Positions 26,843 to 36,499 are shown, counted from the first letter of the stretch. The stretch is DNA of 64,000 nt from Acidobacteriaceae bacterium (GCA_965199215.1 CBDAQY010000003.1:72070-136069), one strand, 5' to 3'. Notes: generated by a model not told the origin, from the letters alone. Program-made: numbers and translations.

Positions 26843-27904
26843 TCACGGCTGTGCGTAATACCCTGTCCGCGTCCGTGCGGTCAGCCCTGGCTTGTCTATC
26901 TGCACGTCAACCCGATGGTATTCATCCGCACCCTCCCCAGGCGCAGCCTCGAACGATACCTCGTAATACGCCTTGGAATCGTTCATCGCTCGCTGCAGCA
27001 TTGAGGTGATGTCGTTGTTCGTGGTCAGCGCGAGCCCCCCGGTCTGGACTGCAAGTACCTGCAGGCCAAGGTGTCCCAGGTCAACCTGGCTCGGCTTCGA
27101 AACCCCATTCACGAAGGTCTTGTAATAGTCCGCACGTACGAGGCTTTGTTCCGTACCAAGGGGATTGATACTGTATAGCGTAATCCTCGCCTTGCGCAGT
27201 TGTGCAGAGAGCGCAACCACCTGTCCGAAGATCTGTTGTTCCTGCTTATTGTCCAACTGAACACCCGGCCCCGAGATCAACGGCCAACCCGGAGAGACCC
27301 AGAAAATCATCTTTCGTCCGGGCTTTGCCTCTTCGCGGGCGATAAGCCCCCTGAGGGCTTTTAGAGACAGGTTCAGCCTCTCCTCCGCGCCATAGAATCC
27401 GGTGCTGCGTGTGATCGTCCTCAGGCTGATTGCATATTGATCGAGAGCCGCCTTCAACGCCTTTCCATCGCGCGAACTCCCCTGTTCTATTTGGGTGCCT
27501 TTGTCTGTCAGCACGGCGAGAGTGACAGGATGCGCAAGCTCGCCGCCATCGGTCATCAGAAACTTGTCGATTCTTTCTTTCTCATAGGCCACCGTCTCGT
27601 ATCGGGCATTCACCGCATCAACCAGCAGGATCACCTCGACCGTCGCTTCTCGGCCATTGACTGCCGTGAACGTCGTAATCGGCCGCGCCGTCTTGTTGTC
27701 GAGCACCGTAAAGTCCTGCTGCTCGAGCCCTGCAACGGGGTCGCCGGAGCGTCCTGTCACGACCACATCCAGCTTGATCTGGCGATCAGCCTTTGCCGTC
27801 TCCGGAGCAATCTGCTGCGCAAAACTTCCCGCACTCAGCGACAACATACAAAGACTAGTGAAAGCACGGCGCATTTGGATCAGCATGGAATACCCTCGGC
27901 CCAT
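26843..27904 (-). CDS. VWA-related protein (acidobacterial TIGR03436-like)
   Basis: Signal peptide, then KLDVVVTGRSGDPVAGLEQQDFTVLDNKTARPITTF, which resembles the TIGR03436 N-terminal block. Starts at 27886 or 27874 are also possible. Confidence 0.65.
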   Translation of the reverse strand: MGRGYSMLIQMRRAFTSLCMLSLSAGSFAQQIAPETAKADRQIKLDVVVTGRSGDPVAGLEQQDFTVLDNKTARPITTFTAVNGREATVEVILLVDAVNARYETVAYEKERIDKFLMTDGGELAHPVTLAVLTDKGTQIEQGSSRDGKALKAALDQYAISLRTITRSTGFYGAEERLNLSLKALRGLIAREEAKPGRKMIFWVSPGWPLISGPGVQLDNKQEQQIFGQVVALSAQLRKARITLYSINPLGTEQSLVRADYYKTFVNGVSKPSQVDLGHLGLQVLAVQTGGLALTTNNDITSMLQRAMNDSKAYYEVSFEAAPGEGADEYHRVDVQIDKPGLTARTRTGYYAQP

Positions 27905-27995
27905 CCAGCTCTCGCGAGCACAACCCGCACCCGCGTACGCTATAGAGGCACCCCTTCAGATGCGGAACCAGGCGCTGCCGTCTAACCCTCGCGGT

Positions 27996-28997
27996 CTAAA
28001 CCGTCACCACAATCTTCCCGATCTGCGCGTTCGACTGCATATACCGATGCGCCTCCGCTATCTCCGCCAGCGGGAATACCTTGTCAATCTTCGGCTTGAA
28101 GACTCCCGATTCGAGATGATCAAAGATGTACTTCTTCGCCGCCGCAAACCTCGCTCGGTCAAACACCACCTCGAACAGTATGTACCCGCGGATCGACACA
28201 CCCCGGCTCATCGACGCGAACAGCGGAAATGGCGTCGGTTCCGGCGCCAGCATCCCGTACTCATAGATCGTTCCACCCTGCGCCGTTGCGTTGGTAAGCG
28301 CCTCCACACCCTTACCCGCAACCGGATCGAACACAACCCGCGCGCCCTTGCCGCCCGTGATCTCCATCACCCGCGCCGCCAGGTCTTCTTCTTCGGACGC
28401 GATCACATAGTCCGCTCCCAACGCCAGCAACTGCTCTTTCTTCGCCGAGGTCCGTGTCGTCGCAATGCTGATCGCACCCTCCGCTTTGGCAATCTCTATT
28501 GACGCAATCCCTACTGAGCTGCTCGCCGCCGTAATCAAAACATAATCGCCTTTGCTGATCTTCCCATGCCAGATCAGCGCCCCATACGCGGTCATATACT
28601 GCATCCAGATGCTTGCGCCTTCTTCGTAGGAAAGCTTCGCGGGATATTCCGCCAGTGCGATCTGCGGAACGATCGCCACCTCGCCGTAGACGCCATACAC
28701 GTCCGCATGAAACGACGGGACGGTGCTCACCGTCTTCCCCACCCAACTCCCGTCCACGCCTTCGCCAACCGCCTCTACCACGCCTGAAGCCTCATACCCC
28801 AGCTTCGAAGGCAGAATCGGGTTCACGAAGTACTTCCCCTGCCGAAACGCGACCTCGGCGCGATTCAACCCGATTGCCTTCACCCGCAGCCGCGCCTCAC
28901 CCGGCTCCGGCTCCGGCAGCGGCAACTCATCCATCTGCAATACCTCTGGCCCACCCAAGGAGTGAAACCGAACAATCTTTACCGTCTCTTCCGCCAC
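27996..28997 (-). CDS. zinc-type alcohol dehydrogenase-like / quinone oxidoreductase (MDR family)
   Basis: LRVKAIGLNRAE, AASSSVGIASIQ-like nucleotide-binding region and C-terminal GKIVV. GTG start. Confidence 0.85.
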   Translation of the reverse strand: MAEETVKIVRFHSLGGPEVLQMDELPLPEPEPGEARLRVKAIGLNRAEVAFRQGKYFVNPILPSKLGYEASGVVEAVGEGVDGSWVGKTVSTVPSFHADVYGVYGEVAIVPQIALAEYPAKLSYEEGASIWMQYMTAYGALIWHGKISKGDYVLITAASSSVGIASIEIAKAEGAISIATTRTSAKKEQLLALGADYVIASEEEDLAARVMEITGGKGARVVFDPVAGKGVEALTNATAQGGTIYEYGMLAPEPTPFPLFASMSRGVSIRGYILFEVVFDRARFAAAKKYIFDHLESGVFKPKIDKVFPLAEIAEAHRYMQSNAQIGKIVVTV

Positions 28998-29114
28998 GTG
29001 TCTGTCCTCCGGATGCTGCTCCGTCTTGGATGTCCCGGAAGGCTCGCAAGGTGCTGATCAGCCTCTCTTTTCGCACTTTCCACATGACTCCACTTCGTCG
29101 ACCACAAACCAGTC

Positions 29115-30815
29115 CTAACGCCACGAAATCCTCACCAGCTCCACCCCTTGCCGCGGCAGCGTCATCTTCATCACCACCGTCCCATCCTTCGCCGGCACCT
29201 TCTTCTCGCCAACCATCGACTCCAACCCGCTCGACTTCACCAGCAGCGCCTTTTGTTCCGGCGTGGGCTGCGCCGGCGATCCCATCTTCTTCCACACCGT
29301 ATATGCATTGCTATGGGCGTCGTCCATGCGGAACTCTTCCGTCCGCATCGCCGCCTCAGGCAGTCCATCAACCGTCACCTGGATTACGATCGCTGCGGCA
29401 GGCAAGTCCACGTCCGAGTAGTTCCACACCAACACATCCACTTCGTGTTCCGACCGCGTGGCAATCGCATCGACATCCGTCTTCGCTCCCACCCCTTCCT
29501 TCACCAACTCTTCGAGCGGTATAGCCCCGGAGCTCTCCGTCTTCACCCATTGCCCGCCTAGCTTCCCATACATGCGAAAGACATTCAGCACGGGCTTATC
29601 GATCCCGTCCGTCGCCAGCTCCCGGAATCCCGCAAACGCGGGCTGGTCTTCAAACTCAAACGCCCAGGTCACCCCGCCCTGCAGGTTCACCCCGTACTTC
29701 TGCCCCAACTGGTAGATCCGGGCCATCGCCTCCGCCACGCTCACCCCATACAGCGGCCCATTGCGGTACCCGTTCTGCGGCCCCTTGCAAGCCGCGCACC
29801 CTTCAGGATCGGTCTCGGTCAGGATGATCGGCGTGCTCTTCCACTGCGGATACGAAGCCACGATCTTCATTCCTCGCTCCGTCGCCCGCAACTGTGTCGC
29901 CAGACTCATCTCCACATGTCCCGCATGCCCGTCATTGGCGATAAATTTCGGCGAACCCTTCGGGTGATAGCTGATGAAATCCAGCGGCGCGCCCACACCG
30001 CCGCCAGCAGCGTTATTCCCCGAAGCGCAGTGCTCCAGAAACTGTTTCAGAAATGCCTCTGACTTTCCCGGGTTGATCCCCGTAGCCCCCGGCCCGCCTA
30101 CCTTCGCCTGCGGCAACACTTTACGGATCGCAGCCGTAGTCACGTCATACAGCCGGTCGTACTCCTCCGGAGTTCCATGCCAGTAATCGATGTCCGGCTC
30201 GTTCCAAACCTCCCACAGCCATCCATCCGTCGCCGCCCCATACCGCTGCTTCAGATGTGTCGCATACGCCTCCACAAGTGCGCCCCATTTGTCGAAATCC
30301 TTCGGCGGATACGACCATCCTGTAAACACATCGCCCCTCGGAAAGTTATGCCGATACGGCTCCGGATGCGTCGACATCGCCTCCGGCATAAACCCCACCT
30401 CGACCAGCGGCCTCACTCCAGCCCCGGTCATTGCATCGAAGATGCGATCTGTTATCGCCCAGTCATAGATCGCCTTCCCACCCGCGTCTTCGCGATACGC
30501 GTTTGTCGATCCCCACTTTAGCGATCCCTCGCCATTTCCCGTCGTCAGCAGGTTATGCGGCCTGTAATACACGGGGACCGGACTCAGATCGTGCAGTTCC
30601 TTCAACAGCTTCTTGCCATTTTGCGTATAGGTATAGTTCGGCTCATCCGCGCCGAAATAATTCCAGTCCGGTGTGTACTTCCCCGTACTCTGCCCCGCAT
30701 GAACTGTAATCGTCGTCACTGTCGTCGCAGCCACCTCCTGCCCGGACCCGCTCACTGAGCCGGCAATTAGACCTGCAAGGGCCAGGCTCCGCAACATTCC
30801 ACTCTCAAATCTCAT
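29115..30815 (-). CDS. GH39-like glycoside hydrolase, secreted
   Basis: Signal peptide, WLWEVWNEPD (acid/base block) and IILTETD (nucleophile block). Confidence 0.7.
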   Translation of the reverse strand: MRFESGMLRSLALAGLIAGSVSGSGQEVAATTVTTITVHAGQSTGKYTPDWNYFGADEPNYTYTQNGKKLLKELHDLSPVPVYYRPHNLLTTGNGEGSLKWGSTNAYREDAGGKAIYDWAITDRIFDAMTGAGVRPLVEVGFMPEAMSTHPEPYRHNFPRGDVFTGWSYPPKDFDKWGALVEAYATHLKQRYGAATDGWLWEVWNEPDIDYWHGTPEEYDRLYDVTTAAIRKVLPQAKVGGPGATGINPGKSEAFLKQFLEHCASGNNAAGGGVGAPLDFISYHPKGSPKFIANDGHAGHVEMSLATQLRATERGMKIVASYPQWKSTPIILTETDPEGCAACKGPQNGYRNGPLYGVSVAEAMARIYQLGQKYGVNLQGGVTWAFEFEDQPAFAGFRELATDGIDKPVLNVFRMYGKLGGQWVKTESSGAIPLEELVKEGVGAKTDVDAIATRSEHEVDVLVWNYSDVDLPAAAIVIQVTVDGLPEAAMRTEEFRMDDAHSNAYTVWKKMGSPAQPTPEQKALLVKSSGLESMVGEKKVPAKDGTVVMKMTLPRQGVELVRISWR

Positions 30816-30994
30816 CGTTCAAATCCCCCATACCCACCATCGGGATCAACTTTATAGAAATCGGAACGACCGCGCTTACAACGCCTGGGACGATACCTCT
30901 GAACTCCGGATACCCCATTCATGCAGCCTCATCGCACGGGGGCGATCACGAACGTTCCGTAAACCCCGCGCTCTCAGTCGTGAGAAAATTCTCC

Positions 30995-31207
30995 ATGAGC
31001 GATTTCATCCCGAAACCCGGCGCAATCAAAATCGGCGGCCTCGGCCGCAAGGCGCAGAAGCTCCAGGCCCTGCGCGAAAAGGCAGCCCAGGCCGCAGAAG
31101 GGAAGTCCGGCGCCAAGCAGACCCTGAACACCTCTGCCTCCTCCTTCAAAGCCAAGGACTCCTTCGCCAACACCAAGAAGACTACGTTCCAGCGCAAAGC
31201 CGTCTAG
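30995..31207 (+). CDS. small lysine-rich hypothetical protein
   Basis: 70 aa with strong GC3 codon bias, consistent with real coding. No family recognised. Confidence 0.4.
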   Translation: MSDFIPKPGAIKIGGLGRKAQKLQALREKAAQAAEGKSGAKQTLNTSASSFKAKDSFANTKKTTFQRKAV

Positions 31208-31266
31208 CAACAGCCCTCTGCAAGTTGGTTTGGCACTCCCACAGCTGATCTTCAGCGTTATGCATA

Positions 31267-31332
31267 AGGTCACGGCTTTAGCCGTGCCGCGAACACCGCT
31301 TCCATCTTGCGGCTTCAGCCGCTGAGGTACGC
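31267..31332 (+). repeat. double-hairpin element (CACGGCtttaGCCGTG ... GCGGCttcaGCCGC)
   Basis: Two short perfect hairpins downstream of the small ORF. Resembles interspersed elements of soil-bacterial genomes. There is only one copy in this window. Confidence 0.4.
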
Positions 31333-31417
31333 CTCCCTGCCGTCATGCACCCGCTCCATCCAGGCAAAATCCGCACCCATTTCCTCCAAACAAACGTCTA
31401 CTTAAGCAGAGGTCGTT

Positions 31418-32227
31418 ATGCTCAAGTCCCTGACGCTTTTATCCCTCGCCGCCACGTTTACGATTGCGAGCGCTCAGTCTACCGGTCCTGCACCCCTCGT
31501 TGGATCGGATCAATCTCAGCCGCCCGCACCGATCGTCCGCAGCGACCAGCACCGCCCCCGTCCCCAGCCAGACCAGATCACCGAGTCTCAACCTACCCCC
31601 GGCGTCTGGCTCCGCTCTGAATCCACGAGCGTCCTCAAGACCGTCTCCGCCACGCCTCAGCACATCGAGATCCGCCTTGACCGTGGCCGTCTCAACGTCA
31701 ACGTCCACCAGCCCGCCCAGCACTCCGCAATCCTTATCGACCTCTCCGGCGGCCAGACCTCCCTCCTCAAAGACGGTCTCTACACCTTCAACGCCGACAC
31801 CAACACCGTCCGTGTCCTCCGCGGCGAAGCCGCCGCCTACCCCGGCCCCATCGCAGCCAACGCAGACGCCAGGCCCATCAAGATCAAGGAAGATCACCAG
31901 CTCTCCCTGGTATCCGCAACCGACACCAGGCCCGGCGAAGCGAAGTCCGTCGAATCCTACCCCTACGAGCTCACCGCCGACCTCCTCCCCCTCGGCAACT
32001 CCGGCGACCGAGCCTACGCAGGCGGCGGATACGAAGGCGGCCTCGGATATGGGGACGGCGAAGACTATCCGCTCTATGGCGGATACCCCTACGCCGGGGG
32101 CTGGGGCTACCCGGGTTTCTATCCCGGCTACTACGGATACGGATATCCCTTTGCTTACGGCATCGGCTTCGGCTACTACGGCGGCTTCCACGGCGGCTAC
32201 GGTTATCGTGGCGTCTTCCGCCGCTAA
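31418..32227 (+). CDS. secreted hypothetical protein with Gly/Tyr-rich C-terminal tail
   Basis: Signal peptide MLKSLTLLSLAATFTIASA, a Pro/Ser-rich linker, a beta-rich middle and a ~70-aa G/Y/F/P tail. Confidence 0.6.
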   Translation: MLKSLTLLSLAATFTIASAQSTGPAPLVGSDQSQPPAPIVRSDQHRPRPQPDQITESQPTPGVWLRSESTSVLKTVSATPQHIEIRLDRGRLNVNVHQPAQHSAILIDLSGGQTSLLKDGLYTFNADTNTVRVLRGEAAAYPGPIAANADARPIKIKEDHQLSLVSATDTRPGEAKSVESYPYELTADLLPLGNSGDRAYAGGGYEGGLGYGDGEDYPLYGGYPYAGGWGYPGFYPGYYGYGYPFAYGIGFGYYGGFHGGYGYRGVFRR

Positions 32228-32291
32228 ACCACGTCCGAACGCTCAGGTGCCCGATTCATTCGATGTTAGCGGATGAATGGGAAGGAAAAGT

Positions 32292-32325
32292 AAAGGCCGA
32301 TCCCCATGGATCGGCCTTTTGCGTT
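32292..32325. terminator. bidirectional intrinsic terminator-like hairpin
   Basis: aaaggccgatcc-ccat-ggatcggccttt is a perfect 12-bp stem followed by T-rich sequence. It sits between convergent genes. Confidence 0.7.
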
Positions 32326-32337
32326 CAGAACACTGAG

Positions 32338-32832
32338 CTACGCCGCCTTCGCCTGCTCGTTCACCGATTCCTCGGCAATCGACGTGAACTTCTCATCCCC
32401 GTTCTTGCTGTCCTCGAGATTCTCCTCGAGTCCCTTCACCGCGTCCGCTTTGCCAAGCAGCTTTGCATAGCTCTTGAGCGACCCGTAGGACGCCACACGA
32501 AACATCTGCTGCTGGTTCGTCGCCACGATCAGCGCCGCATCGCGGACCGGCCCCGGATCGGTGTTCTTGATCATGTTCTCGACCTCGGTAATCATCGCCT
32601 TCGCGATGTGGTTGTCGTTCCGCTCCACCTTCTGGCCGAGCTTCTCAAATGTCTCTTCCACCTTCGAGGCGTACTCCTTGCTCTTGGTCGCGGTCTTCCC
32701 AAACGCTTCCTTCAACTCCGTATCGCTTGAAGCCTGCTGCATCTTCGGCGCAGCCTCGGCAATCTGCTCTTCGAAGTCCAAAACATAGGTCAATCCGGTC
32801 GTCATCAGGTCTTGCACACTTTGCATCTTCAT
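32338..32832 (-). CDS. DUF892 (YciE/YciF-like) protein, second paralog
   Basis: The LTYVLDFEEQIAEAAPKM...SYGSLKSYA pattern is similar to 24273-24884. The start was taken at MKMQSVQDL. Confidence 0.75.
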   Translation of the reverse strand: MKMQSVQDLMTTGLTYVLDFEEQIAEAAPKMQQASSDTELKEAFGKTATKSKEYASKVEETFEKLGQKVERNDNHIAKAMITEVENMIKNTDPGPVRDAALIVATNQQQMFRVASYGSLKSYAKLLGKADAVKGLEENLEDSKNGDEKFTSIAEESVNEQAKAA

Positions 32833-33011
32833 AACAAATCCTAGTTGTGGCGGCACTCACGTCCAGCCTTCAAGAAGGCATTCGGAACCACGCACTCGAA
32901 CTCCGATGACGCGAGCGAAGAGATCGTTGCCAGACAGAAAACGCCACCTTGACCGCGCAAAAGTTCATCTCCCTTCCTTGCATCTTCACAATTTGTAAAG
33001 TACCATTCGGA

Positions 33012-33347
33012 ATGGTAATAGTCACGCGCCGTCACCTTGAACAGGCTGCAGCGACGTACAAAGATGCAGCTACAGAGCTGACCGCGTGGGCCATCATCGT
33101 AAGCAAGGTTCGATGGAAGAGCTTTGAAGAGGTTCGAGCCTCATTCCCTGATGCCGACGCAGCCCGTGGTTTCATCGTCTTCAACGTAAGGCACAACCTA
33201 TACCGCCTCATCACCCACATTCACTATGCGAAGGATGATCCAAATAAAGGTTCTACCCGCGGCCACTGTTACATCCGTTCCTTCCTCACGCACGCCGAGT
33301 ACAACAATCCCGGGACAAGGAGTTCGGTTCATGACACCTCTCGCTAA
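33012..33347 (+). CDS. higB: HigB-family toxin (mRNA interferase)
   Basis: WKSFEEVRASFPDADAARGFIVFNVRHNLYRLITHIHY...YIRSFLTHAEY matches the HigB_toxin pattern. Confidence 0.75.
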   Translation: MVIVTRRHLEQAAATYKDAATELTAWAIIVSKVRWKSFEEVRASFPDADAARGFIVFNVRHNLYRLITHIHYAKDDPNKGSTRGHCYIRSFLTHAEYNNPGTRSSVHDTSR

Positions 33348-33753
33348 CCCCGCAAAGATGATCGAGAAGGGCGCGCCGCGCGTCATCCATACCGAGGAAG
33401 AACTCGACCAGTACGCGAAGGCTCTCTTCCGCCTCACCGCAAAAGATAGCCCCACCGCCTCTGAGCTACAGGCCATCGAACTCCTCACCATGCTCGTCGA
33501 ACAGTATGAAGACCGGATGCATCCCATCCCCTCAGCCACGCCTGTCGAAATCCTGCGCTACCTCATGGATCGCCACAGCCTCAAACAGAGAGACCTTGTC
33601 CCCGAACTCGGCTCAGAATCGAACGTCTCCCAGATCCTCAACGGCACCCGCAACCTGACCCTGCCGCACATCCATGCTCTCGCCGCCCGCTTCAGCATCC
33701 CCGCCTCAACCTTCGTCCCATCAGCACCGACAAATAGCCTGCGCTCCGCTTAG
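33331..33753 (+). CDS. higA: HigA-family HTH antitoxin
   Basis: Overlaps the higB 3' end by 17 nt, with AAGGAG RBS. The C-terminal HTH is LKQRDLVPELGSESNVSQILNGTRNLTLPHIHALAARF. Confidence 0.75.
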   Translation: MTPLANPAKMIEKGAPRVIHTEEELDQYAKALFRLTAKDSPTASELQAIELLTMLVEQYEDRMHPIPSATPVEILRYLMDRHSLKQRDLVPELGSESNVSQILNGTRNLTLPHIHALAARFSIPASTFVPSAPTNSLRSA

Positions 33754-33780
33754 GAACAATAGCTAAGCCACTCAGGCCCC

Positions 33781-33815
33781 CTTGTTTGTCATTCCCGCAG
33801 GGAATCTGCTTCTAA
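33781..33815. repeat. repeat family A
   Basis: cttgtttgtcattcccgcagggaatctgcttct. Confidence 0.85.
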
Positions 33816-33835
33816 ATTTGTTCTACGGCAAACGA

Positions 33836-34267
33836 TCAGTATGGGTTGCAAGCGGCAAAGTGGTCCGCATCAGTTCTTTGGAGAAGAATACCGAAGTACT
33901 TCATTCGTGGTTCGGTCGTTTCCAAAATTCCTTCACGTAAAACTCCCCACGAATGTTGCCGCCAGAGTCCGTCTTCACTTAGCCCATATCCGGTCGCAAT
34001 TGCGACCATATTAGGTCGCCGAGCCTTCCAAACCGCGGCTACGTTTTGATGGCACAGGCTGGACTTCACACTCTTCACTGTCACCTGTCCGATCATCAGG
34101 AAACCGCAGTCCAAGAGCTTCGGTAGATCTCGGTCAAACTTGGACGGAGCGACAAGGAACTCGCCTCCAAAACGAAGCAGCAGTACCTTCAACTTCTTTA
34201 TCTCTGGTTGGTCGGTCGCGGCTTTGTTTAGGCGGCCTTGAAGAAACTTCTTTTGCTCAGGGGTCAT
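33836..34267 (-). CDS. hypothetical protein (orphan) immediately downstream of dnaN
   Basis: 143 aa, no family recognised, lower GC and weak GC3 bias. Confidence 0.5.
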   Translation of the reverse strand: MTPEQKKFLQGRLNKAATDQPEIKKLKVLLLRFGGEFLVAPSKFDRDLPKLLDCGFLMIGQVTVKSVKSSLCHQNVAAVWKARRPNMVAIATGYGLSEDGLWRQHSWGVLREGILETTEPRMKYFGILLQRTDADHFAACNPY

Positions 34268-34357
34268 GGCTCGAGAAGCCTATCACGACATTTTCATCTG
34301 CAAACAATACGAGCGAGCCGTGAGGCCCGCCCGTTCTTACACTCCGACTCAATCTAT

Positions 34358-35527
34358 TCAAATCCGCATCGGCATCAAAATATACCGATACTTCACATCC
34401 TCATTCCCATCTTCAGGTCGCATCTGCCCTGCACTCTGCGCGTCCTTGAACTCCAGCCTGACCTCGCCCTGCGTCCCAATCGCCTTCAGAAAATCAATCA
34501 GGTACTGGCTGTTGAACCCCACCACCAGCGGGTCATAGTTGTACGGAGTCTCGATCGTATCCTCTGATTCGCCGGCGTCTGTAGAAGAACTGGAAAGCTT
34601 CAGCTCATTCTGCTCCAGCCGGATCTTGATCGCGCCTGACCGCTCATCAGCAAACTGCGCCACGCGCTGGATCGCCGCCATCAGATCTTCCGACCTTACG
34701 ATCACAAACTTGTTGTTGTCCCTCGGCAGCACCGCCTCGTAGTTCGGGAACTGCCCCGTCAGCTTGCGGCTGGTCAACACCCGCCCGCCAATCCTGAAGA
34801 ATAAGGTCTGATCGTCATCCGCAAAATCCAGCGTCTCCGCATCGGTCGAGCTCAGAAGCGAAGCAATCTCCGCCAGCGCCTTCCTCGGAATCAGCGTCTT
34901 CTTCTCGCCCGAAATCCCCTCGAGCGTCTCGCCCGTCTTCTCGATATGCGCCAGGCGGTGCCCATCGGTCGCCACCATCGCCATCGACTCTGCCTTCAGC
35001 ACCAGCAGCGCGCCGTTCAGCGTATACCGGCTCTCCTCGTTCGAGATCGCAAAGATCGTCTTTGACACCATGTTCTTCAGCGACGGCACCGCGATCTTGT
35101 ACGAGCCCGACGCCGGGAACTCAGGCACCTGCGGGAAGTTCGCCCGCGCCATCCCCACCATCTTCGTATTCGATCGCCCCGCCCGGATCTGCACCCAGTG
35201 GTTGTCCATCAGCTTGATCGAGATCTCGCCCTCGGGCAGCAGCTTGATGTAGTCATACAGCTTCCGTGCAGGAATCGTGCAAGCGCCGGACTTCTTCACC
35301 TTCGCCGCGCAGCTCGTCCGCAGGCTCTGGTCCAGGTCCGTTGCCGTGATCGTCAGCTTCCCCGCCGCGTCGCCCTCACCCGCTGTCGCCTCAAACAGGA
35401 AGTTGGACAGGATCGGGATCGTTGTCTTCCGCTCAACCACACTCTGCGCCGCCGTCAACTCCCGCAGCAGCTCCGCGCGCGAAACCGTGATCTCGAGGTT
35501 GCCAACAGGTGCGGCGGTGGTCGTCAT
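34358..35527 (-). CDS. dnaN: DNA polymerase III beta sliding clamp
   Basis: LEITVSRAELLRELTAAQSVVERKTTIPILSNFLFEA and the three-domain length. ATG at 35527 has AAGGAG upstream. The track ORF begins at GTG 35590. Confidence 0.9.
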   Translation of the reverse strand: MTTTAAPVGNLEITVSRAELLRELTAAQSVVERKTTIPILSNFLFEATAGEGDAAGKLTITATDLDQSLRTSCAAKVKKSGACTIPARKLYDYIKLLPEGEISIKLMDNHWVQIRAGRSNTKMVGMARANFPQVPEFPASGSYKIAVPSLKNMVSKTIFAISNEESRYTLNGALLVLKAESMAMVATDGHRLAHIEKTGETLEGISGEKKTLIPRKALAEIASLLSSTDAETLDFADDDQTLFFRIGGRVLTSRKLTGQFPNYEAVLPRDNNKFVIVRSEDLMAAIQRVAQFADERSGAIKIRLEQNELKLSSSSTDAGESEDTIETPYNYDPLVVGFNSQYLIDFLKAIGTQGEVRLEFKDAQSAGQMRPEDGNEDVKYRYILMPMRI

Positions 35528-35949
35528 CTCGGGCTCCTTTGCAATAATGGCGGCGGAACTTGCAATCACGTCCGGGGTAGCATTCGTCACGGTGTATCTC
35601 CATCTCTGTCGGTCGGTTGTCGTGCCGTTGTCTTGGGTTGGAACGCTATCGAAAACTCTACACCGAACACGGCTCTTCTTGCACGAATATCAAGGCAGCT
35701 ACCCCGCATCATGGGAAACGCACCAGCCCTGGTACACGACACTGCATCGATCTCTCGATTCTAGGGTCTCCCCGCCCTCCACGCGACTCCAAACTATGTG
35801 CAAATCGCCTCCGATGTGTGTGAGCGGGACGTCCGTCCCCACTGCGCCATAGCACCAGGTGTACGCCAGCCTGACTTCGGCTAAAGTTCCGATTCGTTCC
35901 AGCCCATGGCCTCTTCCTGGGGTCTTCGTTGGTCGCGCCAAGGAGGGCT

Positions 35950-36400
35950 GAAGCCCCAGTATCTCGCGAGACCTTTACATTGCGAAGAGCCACCATACCG
36001 CCTCTACAAAACTACATAAAAGGAAGACAAATACCAGTAGCAGTAGTCGTTGTCGCTGGAAATGTGGATACCTCGTCCATCCCCCACATGTTGAATCACA
36101 TACCCCATGGGCGTGATTTACAAAACCCGCCCGGCAAAACTGCAAACGTTGGAAGACGGGTCACGCCTCGCGCCGAACGTCCCTGCTTATCCCACTTCTC
36201 CACACCGCTCGTCCGCACCCTCACGACAAACCTTGTTCGCTCCGTGCGAAAAACCGCCAACCCTTTTCAAAATGAGCCACTTCCCCCGACCACGTTTCGC
36301 ACACCCCGGATACTCTCAAGAGGATAAGTAGCACCAATCGTCCGTGGCAACGTCGGTCAACCACGAGAGAACATCGGGCCAACCACAGAGACAATATCGG
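35950..36400. other. candidate oriC core (DnaA-box-like 9-mers plus an AT-richer tract)
   Basis: Lies within the ORF-free 35528-36499 tract. TGTGGATAC (36063-36071) and TTCTCCACA (36196-36204) each have one mismatch to TTATCCACA. TTATCCCAC is at 36187-36195. An AT-richer stretch runs 36005-36035. Confidence 0.35.
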
Positions 36401-36417
36401 ATGAACAATATAGAAGC

Positions 36418-36454
36418 GTCATCTCGACCAAGCAAAGCGAGTGGAGAGACCCCC
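36418..36454 (+). repeat. family B-related variant (GTCATCTCGAC...GGAGAGACCCC)
   Basis: gtcatctcgaccaagcaaagcgagtggagagacccc. Confidence 0.45.
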
Positions 36455-36499
36455 GCATTTCGCTCTCGCACTTGTCCGTAGCCATACTAGGAGCACCCC

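Noticed and set aside
35600-36450. Hidden structured RNA gene (tmRNA, RNase P RNA, SRP RNA) in the dnaN-upstream spacer
   Set aside because: I could not find the diagnostic motifs on either strand. There is no GAGGAAAGTCCGGGC-like P4 strand, no tRNA-like GGTTCGAATCC T-arm, no ...ALAA-stop tag frame and no SRP GGAA/AGCA motif. An uncharacterised sRNA cannot be excluded without a covariance-model scan.
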